Origin: Candidatus Hydrothermarchaeota archaeon
GTDB lineage: Archaea > CAYFZR01
Length of the DNA: 13,252 nucleotides
NCBI GenBank assembly: GCA_046760505.1
Contig: JBHIEG010000039.1
Location: 1 to 13,252, forward strand
Direction of reading: 5' to 3'
Positions 1 to 7,244 of the stretch are shown in pieces; position 1 is the first letter of the stretch, and every line of letters starts with the position of its first letter. Both the position numbers and the translations under genes were made by a program. Below the pieces are notes generated by a model. That model did not search any database, was not told where the DNA came from, and worked only from the letters and a program-made list of their open reading frames with translations.

Positions 1-75
1 GGCTCATGTAAAAGTACTCATTTAGCTTAGTTAATTCTCATTCATTTTTCAGCATCTAAAAGCAGGTGATAAAGA

Positions 76-330
76 TTAGATCTTGCTGTTGATTGCCTCG
101 ATGAGGCTTTTCTTGTCGGGCCTTCCGACAAATTCTACGGTTCCGTTTATTGCAACGGTTGGAACCGCATATATTCCGTATTTCGATACCTTTGAAGGCT
201 GCTCTGACACGTCGATTATCTCGATTTCTGTCTCATTTCTCAATTCTTTCACAACACTCTTCACAAACTCTATGGTTGGATCACAATAGGGACAATCTGA
301 AGACTTAAATATCTCTATCTTAACTGGCAT
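76..330 (-). CDS. Small thioredoxin/glutaredoxin-like thiol-disulfide oxidoreductase (archaeal MJ0307/MTH807-like)
   Basis: 84 aa with CPYC active-site motif, 'YGIYAVPTVAING' cis-Pro segment and C-terminal FVG-x-P. Strong SD GAGGTGA (341..335) lies 4 nt before the ATG. Confidence 0.9.
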   Translation of the reverse strand: MPVKIEIFKSSDCPYCDPTIEFVKSVVKELRNETEIEIIDVSEQPSKVSKYGIYAVPTVAINGTVEFVGRPDKKSLIEAINSKI

Positions 331-334
331 TAGT

Positions 335-341
335 TCACCTC
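335..341 (-). promoter_or_regulatory. Shine-Dalgarno site GAGGTGA for the thioredoxin-like gene
   Basis: The reverse complement of tcacctc matches the archaeal SD consensus, just upstream of the ATG at 330. Confidence 0.8.
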
Positions 342-352
342 GCTTGTGATTG

Positions 353-360
353 AAAAAAAA
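353..360 (-). terminator. Oligo(T)8 tract, likely ppcA transcription terminator
   Basis: A8 on + gives T8 on -, about 33 nt after the ppcA stop. Oligo-T tracts are the usual archaeal termination signal. Confidence 0.5.
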
Positions 361-392
361 TTCTCTTATTTATATCTTACGAGCACCCAACC

Positions 393-1862
393 TCATCCTA
401 AAAATCTTCTCAAATTTGCCGCTCTCAGAACGTATTCTCCCAGATATTCTTTTTTGACCTTTCTTAATGAACTCAAGATATAACTTGTTATTTCTTCGTG
501 TTCTCCATTGGTTTCGTAATCTGTAAGTTCACCTACTCTTATTTCCTGAGATTTTGGTAATAAACTCAGTGATTCTTGATTAAAATATTTGAGGGCGTCC
601 CTTAAATCATTCTCGAAATTTACATAGGCTTTCTTAACAAATTGGAGATCATTCTCATCTAAAGCGTTCAAACCCAAGATTTCTGGTGGCAAACCTATAG
701 AATACAGAGCAGCAGTAAATTTTATCGCTCTTGGAAGTTTAACCCCTTCAACATCTCTCGAATAACCGAATAAGCCTATATGTAACTTTCTTTTTCTTCT
801 GCTTGGCACATAATTTGCAATCTCGTTGATTACTGGTGCCAAGACCATTATCTGTTTCCTATATTCTTGTGAATATTTCTTAATTATTTCAAGACATATT
901 TCTTCATCTACTTCTTGCGGAGAATTTCTTTTCTTCCTCTGCATCTTTCTTATTGCTTCTCTGACCTCTTCTGGAGGATTGTCATACTTGAATGCGGATT
1001 GAATGGTGAATGTATGGGCGCTTGGATATTCTTTTCCAACCATTTCAACTGTTTGTGGTCTGAGGTTGCCTCTGAACGGGGCTGATCCAACTCCGACGAT
1101 AGGATAAATTTCAACCCCGATTTCCTTTGACAATCTTTCTAACCTTTGGAGAGCAATTTTATTTAGGAGAACTGCGCTAACCAACCCATAATTCAACGCA
1201 GGATCTGACCTTGCTAGGAAAACTCTTTGATACTCTACATTTTTGTCCTCCAGATACTCTTTGGTTATACCATGGGCGTTGAGCATGTGTTCCATGTCTT
1301 CAAAGAGAGGTATAACATTGATTCTTTCTGGCTTAAATTCTCCAATCCATTCAGCTATTGTTATATCTCTCTTTTTTAAAGATTTATTCTGTTTTCCTAC
1401 GACAAAATCACAGTAATACCTGTAAACTCTGTCAATACATCTTGATGAATCAGTCATTGGCAGGATAACTTCAAATATCGGCGGGATATCATCCTTATAG
1501 AATAATTTGGCAGCATCGAATGATCTGGGAATGCTCTCCAATGTTTCCAGTAATATCTTTGCTTCAGATTTTTCTACGCTTGGATTTGGTACCCTCAAAG
1601 TTATGAATATGTCCTTTCCTAATTTCTTGTTCCTGAAAAAGGATTCATACTTTGTCAATAGTTTTTTAACAACGTAGTTGTCCACTTCTTTGCCCTCGCA
1701 ATCCCACATTTGCTCATCGCACCCTAAGTGAGAGAATACATAATATGCTTCCTGTATTTCGTCCTCTCCACCAAGTTCAGTATTTTCCGCAAAGAAAGGA
1801 GGGTTCACGTTATCTGGGTGTTGTGTACTCATACACTTAGGTACCTTTGGCATTTCAATCAA
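393..1862 (-). CDS. ppcA: Archaeal-type phosphoenolpyruvate carboxylase (start is TTG 1862 or ATG 1853)
   Basis: N-terminal MSTQHPDN with the catalytic His, plus MWDCEGK, LRVPNP, VIPLFED, RVFLARSDPA, GVGSAPFRG, GLFGYSR and LPRAIKFTAALYSIGLPPE. The length of about 490 aa is typical of PpcA. Confidence 0.96.
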   Translation of the reverse strand: MIEMPKVPKCMSTQHPDNVNPPFFAENTELGGEDEIQEAYYVFSHLGCDEQMWDCEGKEVDNYVVKKLLTKYESFFRNKKLGKDIFITLRVPNPSVEKSEAKILLETLESIPRSFDAAKLFYKDDIPPIFEVILPMTDSSRCIDRVYRYYCDFVVGKQNKSLKKRDITIAEWIGEFKPERINVIPLFEDMEHMLNAHGITKEYLEDKNVEYQRVFLARSDPALNYGLVSAVLLNKIALQRLERLSKEIGVEIYPIVGVGSAPFRGNLRPQTVEMVGKEYPSAHTFTIQSAFKYDNPPEEVREAIRKMQRKKRNSPQEVDEEICLEIIKKYSQEYRKQIMVLAPVINEIANYVPSRRKRKLHIGLFGYSRDVEGVKLPRAIKFTAALYSIGLPPEILGLNALDENDLQFVKKAYVNFENDLRDALKYFNQESLSLLPKSQEIRVGELTDYETNGEHEEITSYILSSLRKVKKEYLGEYVLRAANLRRFLG

Positions 1863-1883
1863 TCTTATCGGTTATTTTCAATA

Positions 1884-1896
1884 CTTATAAACTTTC
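1884..1896 (-). promoter_or_regulatory. BRE/TATA promoter of ppcA (GAAAG-TTTATAAG)
   Basis: The minus strand reads GAAAGTTTATAAG about 22-34 nt upstream of the TTG at 1862. This fits a leaderless or very short-leader transcript. Confidence 0.65.
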
Positions 1897-1921
1897 AAAA
1901 ATCAATAACCTAATTTCTTGA

Positions 1922-2041
1922 TGGGGGCACAGGGATTTGAACCCTGGTCCACGGATATCTCCGATCATCGAATAATCTCAGTACTCCAGAGGATTCCAAT
2001 CTCTGGAGTCCGTGATGATAGCCAGGCTACACCATGCCCCC
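1922..2041 (-). tRNA. tRNA-Trp (anticodon CCA) with a 46-nt intron at 37/38 (intron 1957..2002); 3' CCA not encoded
   Basis: Acceptor stem GGGGGCA/TGCCCCC plus discriminator A; D arm GTGTAGCCTGGCTATCAT; anticodon stem ACGGA/TCCGT with CCA at 2006..2004; T arm CAGGG-TTCAAAT-CCCTG. The mature length is 74 nt. Canonical BHB: CTCC(32-35) pairs with intron GGAG, the 3-nt bulges are AG|A and AT|A, and the outer stem is GATTG/TGATC. Confidence 0.97.
1957..2002 (-). ncRNA. tRNA-Trp intron, putative box C/D-type guide for 2'-O-methylation of C34
   Basis: Contains CTCTGGAGT (1991..1983), complementary to ACTCCAGAG around the anticodon. It is followed by A, a perfect D box CTGA (1981..1978) and a C-like box TCGATGA (1971..1965). 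The N+5 rule lands on C34. Confidence 0.65.
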
Positions 2042-2067
2042 GCGAATCCAAAGAAATCAATTCTCTT

Positions 2068-2080
2068 TTATATAACTTTC
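2068..2080 (-). promoter_or_regulatory. BRE/TATA promoter of tRNA-Trp (GAAAG-TTATATAA)
   Basis: The minus strand reads GAAAGTTATATAA about 27-39 nt upstream of tRNA position 1. The GAAAG BRE is the same as in the ppcA promoter. Confidence 0.7.
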
Positions 2081-2139
2081 GTGAAATTTATCTTATGGTT
2101 TTATTTTATGATTTCCACAAGATTGTGGTGAGCTAAAAA

Positions 2140-2502
2140 ATGAATGATGAAAGATTGTTGGAGGTAAGAGCATCTTGGTGGAATTTCTTTTGGCACATAG
2201 CCTTCGCTTGGTTAATCATCCCGCTTGTTGTTGCCCTATGGAAGCGCGCTTCTCTCGTTTTTCGTGTCTATGAGGATAGAATTGTTCTTGAGAGGGGAGT
2301 TCTCTCGAAAGAAATAAAAGAGATATTCATTACGGACATTCGCACAATCGATGTAAGGCAGAGTTTCATCCAAAGGATTTTTAACATAGGTGACTTAATG
2401 ATCGCAACATCTGGAACATCAGGGTACGAAAGCATTGCATATGGTTTACCAGATCCAAAGGGCATCAAGGACGTGATCATAGCGCAACGCAGGAGTAAGT
2501 AG
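2140..2502 (+). CDS. Membrane-anchored bacterial-type PH domain protein (bPH_2/YdbS-like)
   Basis: N-terminal hydrophobic helix followed by 'RIVLERGVLSK...I.I.DIR.IDVRQSFIQRIFNIGDL.I.TSG', the typical bPH_2 pattern. SD GGTGA lies 8 nt upstream. Confidence 0.8.
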   Translation: MNDERLLEVRASWWNFFWHIAFAWLIIPLVVALWKRASLVFRVYEDRIVLERGVLSKEIKEIFITDIRTIDVRQSFIQRIFNIGDLMIATSGTSGYESIAYGLPDPKGIKDVIIAQRRSK

Positions 2503-2507
2503 ATTAA

Positions 2508-2543
2508 TTTATAGAGATAATAACCTATAGGGAACTCTATAAA
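2508..2543. terminator. Inverted repeat between convergent genes, possible bidirectional terminator
   Basis: TTTATAGAG (2508-2516) and CTCTATAAA (2535-2543) form perfect 9-bp arms with an 18-nt loop in the 43-nt convergent gap. Confidence 0.4.
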
Positions 2544-2545
2544 GT

Positions 2546-3190
2546 CTAGCATTTAATGCTCTTCATTATCTCGAGTATTTTTTCGCTTTGGGGATAACCA
2601 ACTGCGTAATGAATCTTTTTTTCACAAACCCAAAACAAAGAGTAACCTTCTCTACCATTTTCAAAAACAACCTTGGAGAGGGTAGCATTCTTTCCTTCTT
2701 TAAAGATCAAAGTAGAGTTTAACTCTTCTTTTATGTCCAGATATCCAGCTAACCTGCTCTTGAAAATTTCCGGGTTATCGATGATGTTCATGGACACCTC
2801 GGTTATTGAGCTGTTGTGATTCGAAATTTTAAGAATTCTAATGCCGTAAAAATCTGTTTTAGCCATCCTCACACTCCAATCTTTCGGAACTATAACGTAA
2901 TTGTCCGGATTTTTTACATCACCTATTTTAGGATTTAGGTAAAAAATTAGGGAAATTGACGCAATACAAAATAGGATTATCATTCCAAAGAAGAAGAAAG
3001 AAAGAATCCTTATCCAGTTTCTTTTTTCTTTAAAAAGAACTTTTGGTCTTTCATAGGAATTTTCTTCGATTCCTAGTTTATCTAGGATCTCCCTTCTCCT
3101 TCTTTCATATTCCTCATCAGAGATCTTGCCTAGTTCATAGTACGTCGTTAGTTGATCTAGTTCCATCCTTAATCTTTCTTCTTCTTCCAT
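2546..3190 (-). CDS. Hypothetical single-pass membrane protein with an N-terminal SHOCT-like domain
   Basis: 'ELDQLTTYYELGKISDEEYERRRREIL' matches the SHOCT (also GvpG-like) pattern. One TM helix (about aa 61-85) follows a basic stretch, and the C-terminal domain is unrecognised. Confidence 0.7.
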   Translation of the reverse strand: MEEEERLRMELDQLTTYYELGKISDEEYERRRREILDKLGIEENSYERPKVLFKEKRNWIRILSFFFFGMIILFCIASISLIFYLNPKIGDVKNPDNYVIVPKDWSVRMAKTDFYGIRILKISNHNSSITEVSMNIIDNPEIFKSRLAGYLDIKEELNSTLIFKEGKNATLSKVVFENGREGYSLFWVCEKKIHYAVGYPQSEKILEIMKSIKC

Positions 3191-3239
3191 GAAATTAGAA
3201 TGTGCACAATTAGTATAAATAATATGATCCAGACTTAAG

Positions 3240-3263
3240 TATCACTTTTATAATAGAGTGATA
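3240..3263 (+). promoter_or_regulatory. Putative por operon promoter: TATA (TTTATAA) flanked by the inverted repeat TATCACT/AGTGATA
   Basis: TATCACT (3240-3246) - TTTATAATAG - AGTGATA (3257-3263), upstream of the likely porG start at 3325. Confidence 0.5.
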
Positions 3264-3324
3264 AATGAGTAATGGATTGTGGAGGAGTAAGTTAAAGAAA
3301 CAGGTTAAAAAGGTGAAGGACGCC

Positions 3325-3849
3325 ATGATAGAGTTAAGGTTTCATGGGAGAGGAGGACAAGGGGCTGTAACCGCTGCTTCACTTTTGGTTTCCGCAGCCA
3401 TTGAAGAGGGAAGATATGCACAAGCGGTACCTAGTTTCGGACCAGAGAGGAGAGGTGCTCCGGTAGAAAGCTATGTGCGCATTTCAGACGAACCTATACT
3501 CGCAAGATACGATGTTTTGGAACCTGAGTACGTAATAGTACTTGATCCCACCTTGCTGAACGTTGTAGATTATAGGAAGGGATTAAAGGAAGGTGGAATG
3601 CCTATATTAAACCTTCCTACAAGACCCAATGAAAAAGGGGTTGCATGGGTAAATGCTACCGATCTTGCCAACGAGATTCTCGGAAAACCCATAACAAATA
3701 CGGCCATGTTAGGTGCTTTACTAAAGGTAAAGCGTCTTGTCAATTCTAGATCCTTGAGAAAGGCCATAAAGGACCAGTTTCCTGGTAAACTTGGCGAAAA
3801 AAATTGTAATTTAATAAGAAAAGCCTATAAGGAGACTGAAATACTATGA
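3325..3849 (+). CDS. porG: Pyruvate/2-oxoacid:ferredoxin oxidoreductase gamma subunit (likely start ATG 3325, not 3265)
   Basis: MIELRFHGRGGQGAVTA, FGPERRGAPV and NTAMLGAL motifs. SD AGGTGA lies shortly upstream of ATG 3325. Confidence 0.93.
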   Translation: MIELRFHGRGGQGAVTAASLLVSAAIEEGRYAQAVPSFGPERRGAPVESYVRISDEPILARYDVLEPEYVIVLDPTLLNVVDYRKGLKEGGMPILNLPTRPNEKGVAWVNATDLANEILGKPITNTAMLGALLKVKRLVNSRSLRKAIKDQFPGKLGEKNCNLIRKAYKETEIL

Positions 3850-4127
3850 GTTGGAGAGAATTGCCAATTGGTGCTGTAATAAAGGGAGGAGCAACATCTT
3901 TGGTAAATAAGACAGGTTCTTGGAGAACAATGCGTCCGGTAATTATGTACGATAAATGCACAGACTGCGGTATATGCTGGCTTTACTGTCCTGATTCTGC
4001 CATAAGAAAAACAGAAAAGGGAAATTATGAAATAGACTACGAGTACTGCAAAGGATGTCAAATTTGCGCTGCAGAATGTCGTGTTGGCGCAATAGAAACT
4101 GTTGCGGAGGAATATAAAAGTGATTAA
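3846..4127 (+). CDS. porD: Pyruvate/2-oxoacid:ferredoxin oxidoreductase delta subunit (2x[4Fe-4S])
   Basis: KTGSWRTMRP motif and two ferredoxin motifs, CTDCGICWLYCP and CKGCQICAAEC. ATGA overlap with porG. Confidence 0.93.
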   Translation: MSWRELPIGAVIKGGATSLVNKTGSWRTMRPVIMYDKCTDCGICWLYCPDSAIRKTEKGNYEIDYEYCKGCQICAAECRVGAIETVAEEYKSD

Positions 4128-5241
4128 GCCATTGACAGGTAATTATGCAGTAGCAGAAGCCGTCAAACTCTGTGATGTAGATGTTATCGCTGCCTACCCT
4201 ATAACACCATCTACCCAGATGGTAGAGAGGATTTCAGAAATGGTGGCAAATGGAGAAATTGATGCTGAATTCATACCTGTAGAATCCGAACACAGTGCGA
4301 TGAGCGCCTGCATAGGGGCTTCTTCAACTGGTGCGAGAGTATTCACTGGAACCGCTTCTCAGGGTCTTGCATTGATGCACGAAATGCTATTCGTTGCCTC
4401 GGGAATGAGACTCCCGATCGTTATGGGGGTTGGAAACAGGGCACTTTCTGCGCCACTTAGCATTTGGTGCGACCATAATGATACTTTGGCTCAAAGAGAT
4501 TCCGGATGGATACAATTTTATGCTGAGAACTCTCAAGAGGCTCTAGATCTTATATTCATAGCGTATAGAACTGCTGAGCATCATGAGGTGCAGTTGCCTG
4601 CTATGGTCTGTTTAGATGGATTCATACTCACTCACACGGTAGATAGGGTAAATGTACCTGAAAAAGAACTGGTTGATTCTTTCTTGCCCCCAAGAGATCC
4701 TATATATACGGTAAATCCTGAAGTCCCAACCACTATGGGTGCGTATGCGTTTCCAAGCCATTACTTTGAGTTCAGGAGGCAGCAGGAGGAAGGAATGAGA
4801 AATGCAAAGAAATTGCTTCCAGAATTTACCAAAGAGTTCCTAAAAATATTTGAGAGAAAATACGGATTCTTTGAGATTCTAAATCCAGAGGCAGAAACTT
4901 TCTTTTTTGCAATGGGTTCCTCATGCACGACAATGAAAGGCTTAATTCAGGGGAAGGATGATCTCGGATTGTTAAAGTTAACAGTTTTCAGACCTTTTCC
5001 CTATGAGGAACTGGAGAAGGCTCTAAAAAGCGCTGAAAGGGTGATAGTAGTGGATAGAGATATTGCACCAGGAGCACAAGGTGCCATTCTATATGGAGAG
5101 GTAAGGAATGCACTGTACGAGACAGGAGTAGATGTTATCAACGTGATAACAGGCCTAGGTGGAAGAGACATTAGACCTGATATACTTGAAAAGGCGCTCA
5201 AATTGGAAAAAGGAGTACACTTTTTGGGGTTGAGAGAATGA
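4120..5241 (+). CDS. porA: Pyruvate/2-oxoacid:ferredoxin oxidoreductase alpha subunit (likely start GTG 4120)
   Basis: GNYAVAEA, AAYPITP, ESEHSAMS, TASQGLALMHE, NRALSAP, FRPFP and GLGGRD motifs. SD GGAGG at 4106-4110. Confidence 0.93.
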   Translation: MIKPLTGNYAVAEAVKLCDVDVIAAYPITPSTQMVERISEMVANGEIDAEFIPVESEHSAMSACIGASSTGARVFTGTASQGLALMHEMLFVASGMRLPIVMGVGNRALSAPLSIWCDHNDTLAQRDSGWIQFYAENSQEALDLIFIAYRTAEHHEVQLPAMVCLDGFILTHTVDRVNVPEKELVDSFLPPRDPIYTVNPEVPTTMGAYAFPSHYFEFRRQQEEGMRNAKKLLPEFTKEFLKIFERKYGFFEILNPEAETFFFAMGSSCTTMKGLIQGKDDLGLLKLTVFRPFPYEELEKALKSAERVIVVDRDIAPGAQGAILYGEVRNALYETGVDVINVITGLGGRDIRPDILEKALKLEKGVHFLGLRE

Positions 5242-6143
5242 AGATGTCTGAAATTCCATTGGAAGAATACTTTGCAAAGGGACATAGAGCCTGCCAAGGC
5301 TGTGGGGTAACTATCGCAGTTAGGCTTGCAATGAAGGTAATCGGGAAAAATTCCATCATTCCCTGCGCCACAAGTTGTTTAGAGATTGTATCCACGCCCT
5401 TTCCTGAAACTGCATGGGAAGTTCCATGGATTCATGCAGCCTTTGAATGTGCAGCCGCTGTTTCTTCAGGCATAACAAGAGGCATAGATGTCTTGATGAG
5501 AAAGGGAAAATGGAAGGGTGAAAAACCTAAAATCGTTGCCTTTGCGGGAGATGGAGGTACTTTTGACATTGGGCTTCAAGCTCTTTCCGGCTCATTAGAG
5601 AGAGGAGACGACTTCACATACATTTGTCTGGACAACGAGGCTTATATGAACACAGGGATTCAAAGATCCGGTGGTACCCCCTATGGGGCTTGGACCACGA
5701 CAAGTCCGCCGGGAAAATTGAAGATAGGCAAGGAAGAGTGGAAAAAAGATCTCGCTGCAATCGTAGCTGCGCATCATATACCCTACCTCGCTACCGCAGG
5801 TATAGCACAACCAATGGATCTCCTCACCAAGGTAAAGAAAGCAGTTGAAACGGAAGGACCGAGTTTCATACACATTCAATGCCCATGTCCAACGGGATGG
5901 AGATTTGAACCACATCAAACCGTTATTATAGCCAGAATGGCTGTTCAGACAGGAATGTGGGTCTTGTACGAAGTAGTGAACGGCGAGATGAATCTAACTT
6001 ATCACATAAGATCTAGGAGACCGGTTAAAGATTATTTGAGGGCTCAGGGAAGGTTTAAGCATCTCTCAGATGAGGATATAAACTACATCGATGAGATCGT
6101 AGAGAGAAGATACAAAGAGTTATCAGAGAAGAGACTTATATAA
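5238..6143 (+). CDS. porB: Pyruvate/2-oxoacid:ferredoxin oxidoreductase beta subunit (TPP-binding)
   Basis: GHRACQGCG, the TPP motif GDGG...DNEAYMNTGIQRS, CPTGW and YLRAQGRFKHL. ATGA overlap with porA. Confidence 0.94.
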   Translation: MKMSEIPLEEYFAKGHRACQGCGVTIAVRLAMKVIGKNSIIPCATSCLEIVSTPFPETAWEVPWIHAAFECAAAVSSGITRGIDVLMRKGKWKGEKPKIVAFAGDGGTFDIGLQALSGSLERGDDFTYICLDNEAYMNTGIQRSGGTPYGAWTTTSPPGKLKIGKEEWKKDLAAIVAAHHIPYLATAGIAQPMDLLTKVKKAVETEGPSFIHIQCPCPTGWRFEPHQTVIIARMAVQTGMWVLYEVVNGEMNLTYHIRSRRPVKDYLRAQGRFKHLSDEDINYIDEIVERRYKELSEKRLI

Positions 6144-7229
6144 ACCCAGAAGGTGGAGATTCCCCACGTGGACGTTATTTAAATATTTCTTAGAAGTCTC
6201 CAGACATTTCTTAACCTGCGAGAATGGAGTAACAGATAGATCCTTCATGTAAAATTGAGGGTGAAACACAAGAAGACTGTAAGGTATATCTCGATCAAGG
6301 TCTGATATGAATCTTGCAATACCCTCCACTTCCTTTTCATCTACGTATCCTGGCACAAGTAAAGTCGTTGCAGTGAGCAGTGGAACCTCCTTTCTTTCTT
6401 CATAGAAGTTGTGGTATATCATCTCGAAGTTTTTGTAGGCCTCTTCGTTAGAAACACCTGATAAAGCAAGACTTAGGGTAGGGGAAAAGGTTTTTAGATC
6501 AAACTTGATAATACCTCCACTCTCCAATGAGATTTTGGCTAATTTTTTCACCAAATTTTTGTTACCACAACCATTCCATTCCATACAAATTCTTACTAGT
6601 CTATCAGCCTCTTCTAAAATCTTCCTAGATGCTCTAATTACAAAAGGAAGCTGAGGCTCAGGAGAGCCCCCAAAATAACAGACACAACTTATTTTACCGT
6701 TACTCTTAATTTTATGAGTAAAATCGGATATATCGACCAGTTGGGAGTTTTCCAAATTTTTATGAGAGTAATTTTGACAGAACAGGCAACTGAAATTACA
6801 TCCATAGAAAAAAACAGCGTAATTATAGTATCCTAGCTCGCCGGATTTTCTGTAACTGTACTTTGGATATCCTCTTCCAGTTGCAGGACAGAACCATGCA
6901 GCGCAGCAATTAGTTATGTGTGGATCCAGATACGAGTACAGGAGAGCCCTATTCCCGCTTACTTCTGAGTGGAATTTCCCATTCTTGTTCCATCTGAGTC
7001 CACAGTATCCTCTCTTCCCTTCACTGATCCTGCATTTATTAGAGCATAAATTGCAAGATATTCCTTTTTCTCTTGGAGGCATTATTGGGAGATCGTATGG
7101 AAGCCTTGCATTTTGATGACTCTCTATTATGTAAGGAAGTGCTTCTTCACTTGATCGGATACAATCAGCACATATGCCCAGAATTTTAGAAACACTAACT
7201 TCTCTGCCGCATATTCGACATCTTCTCAT
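6123..7229 (-). CDS. Radical SAM protein, PFL-activase/AmmeMemoRadiSam-like with a Cys-rich N-terminus
   Basis: CNFSCLFC (CxxxCxxC), GGSPEP, KFDLK, TTLLVPGY and FHPQFYM motifs. The N-terminus carries CxxC...CxxC, CxxCxxxC...C and a NCCxxWFC segment. Confidence 0.88.
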   Translation of the reverse strand: MRRCRICGREVSVSKILGICADCIRSSEEALPYIIESHQNARLPYDLPIMPPREKGISCNLCSNKCRISEGKRGYCGLRWNKNGKFHSEVSGNRALLYSYLDPHITNCCAAWFCPATGRGYPKYSYRKSGELGYYNYAVFFYGCNFSCLFCQNYSHKNLENSQLVDISDFTHKIKSNGKISCVCYFGGSPEPQLPFVIRASRKILEEADRLVRICMEWNGCGNKNLVKKLAKISLESGGIIKFDLKTFSPTLSLALSGVSNEEAYKNFEMIYHNFYEERKEVPLLTATTLLVPGYVDEKEVEGIARFISDLDRDIPYSLLVFHPQFYMKDLSVTPFSQVKKCLETSKKYLNNVHVGNLHLLGLYKSLL

Positions 7230-7244
7230 GGATTAATTTTCCTT

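Noticed and set aside
1-75. Possible start of another minus-strand gene at the left edge
   Set aside because: There is too little sequence to support a call.
1922-1970. tRNA 3' end as an integration site for a mobile element
   Set aside because: No integrase or transposase is present, I noticed no duplicated tRNA 3' fragment, and the flanking gene is housekeeping ppcA.
1918-2136. 72-aa + strand ORF
   Set aside because: It lies antisense over tRNA-Trp and its promoter, so it is a shadow ORF.
2546-3190. Gas vesicle protein GvpG call for the 214-aa ORF
   Set aside because: The resemblance is limited to a short SHOCT-like helix pair. The protein has a TM helix and an extra domain, and no gvp genes are nearby.
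3265-3324. N-terminal extension of porG in the ORF track (likewise 4102-4119 for porA and 8528-8557 for rfcS)
   Set aside because: Family N-termini and SD positions favour starts at 3325, 4120 and 8558.
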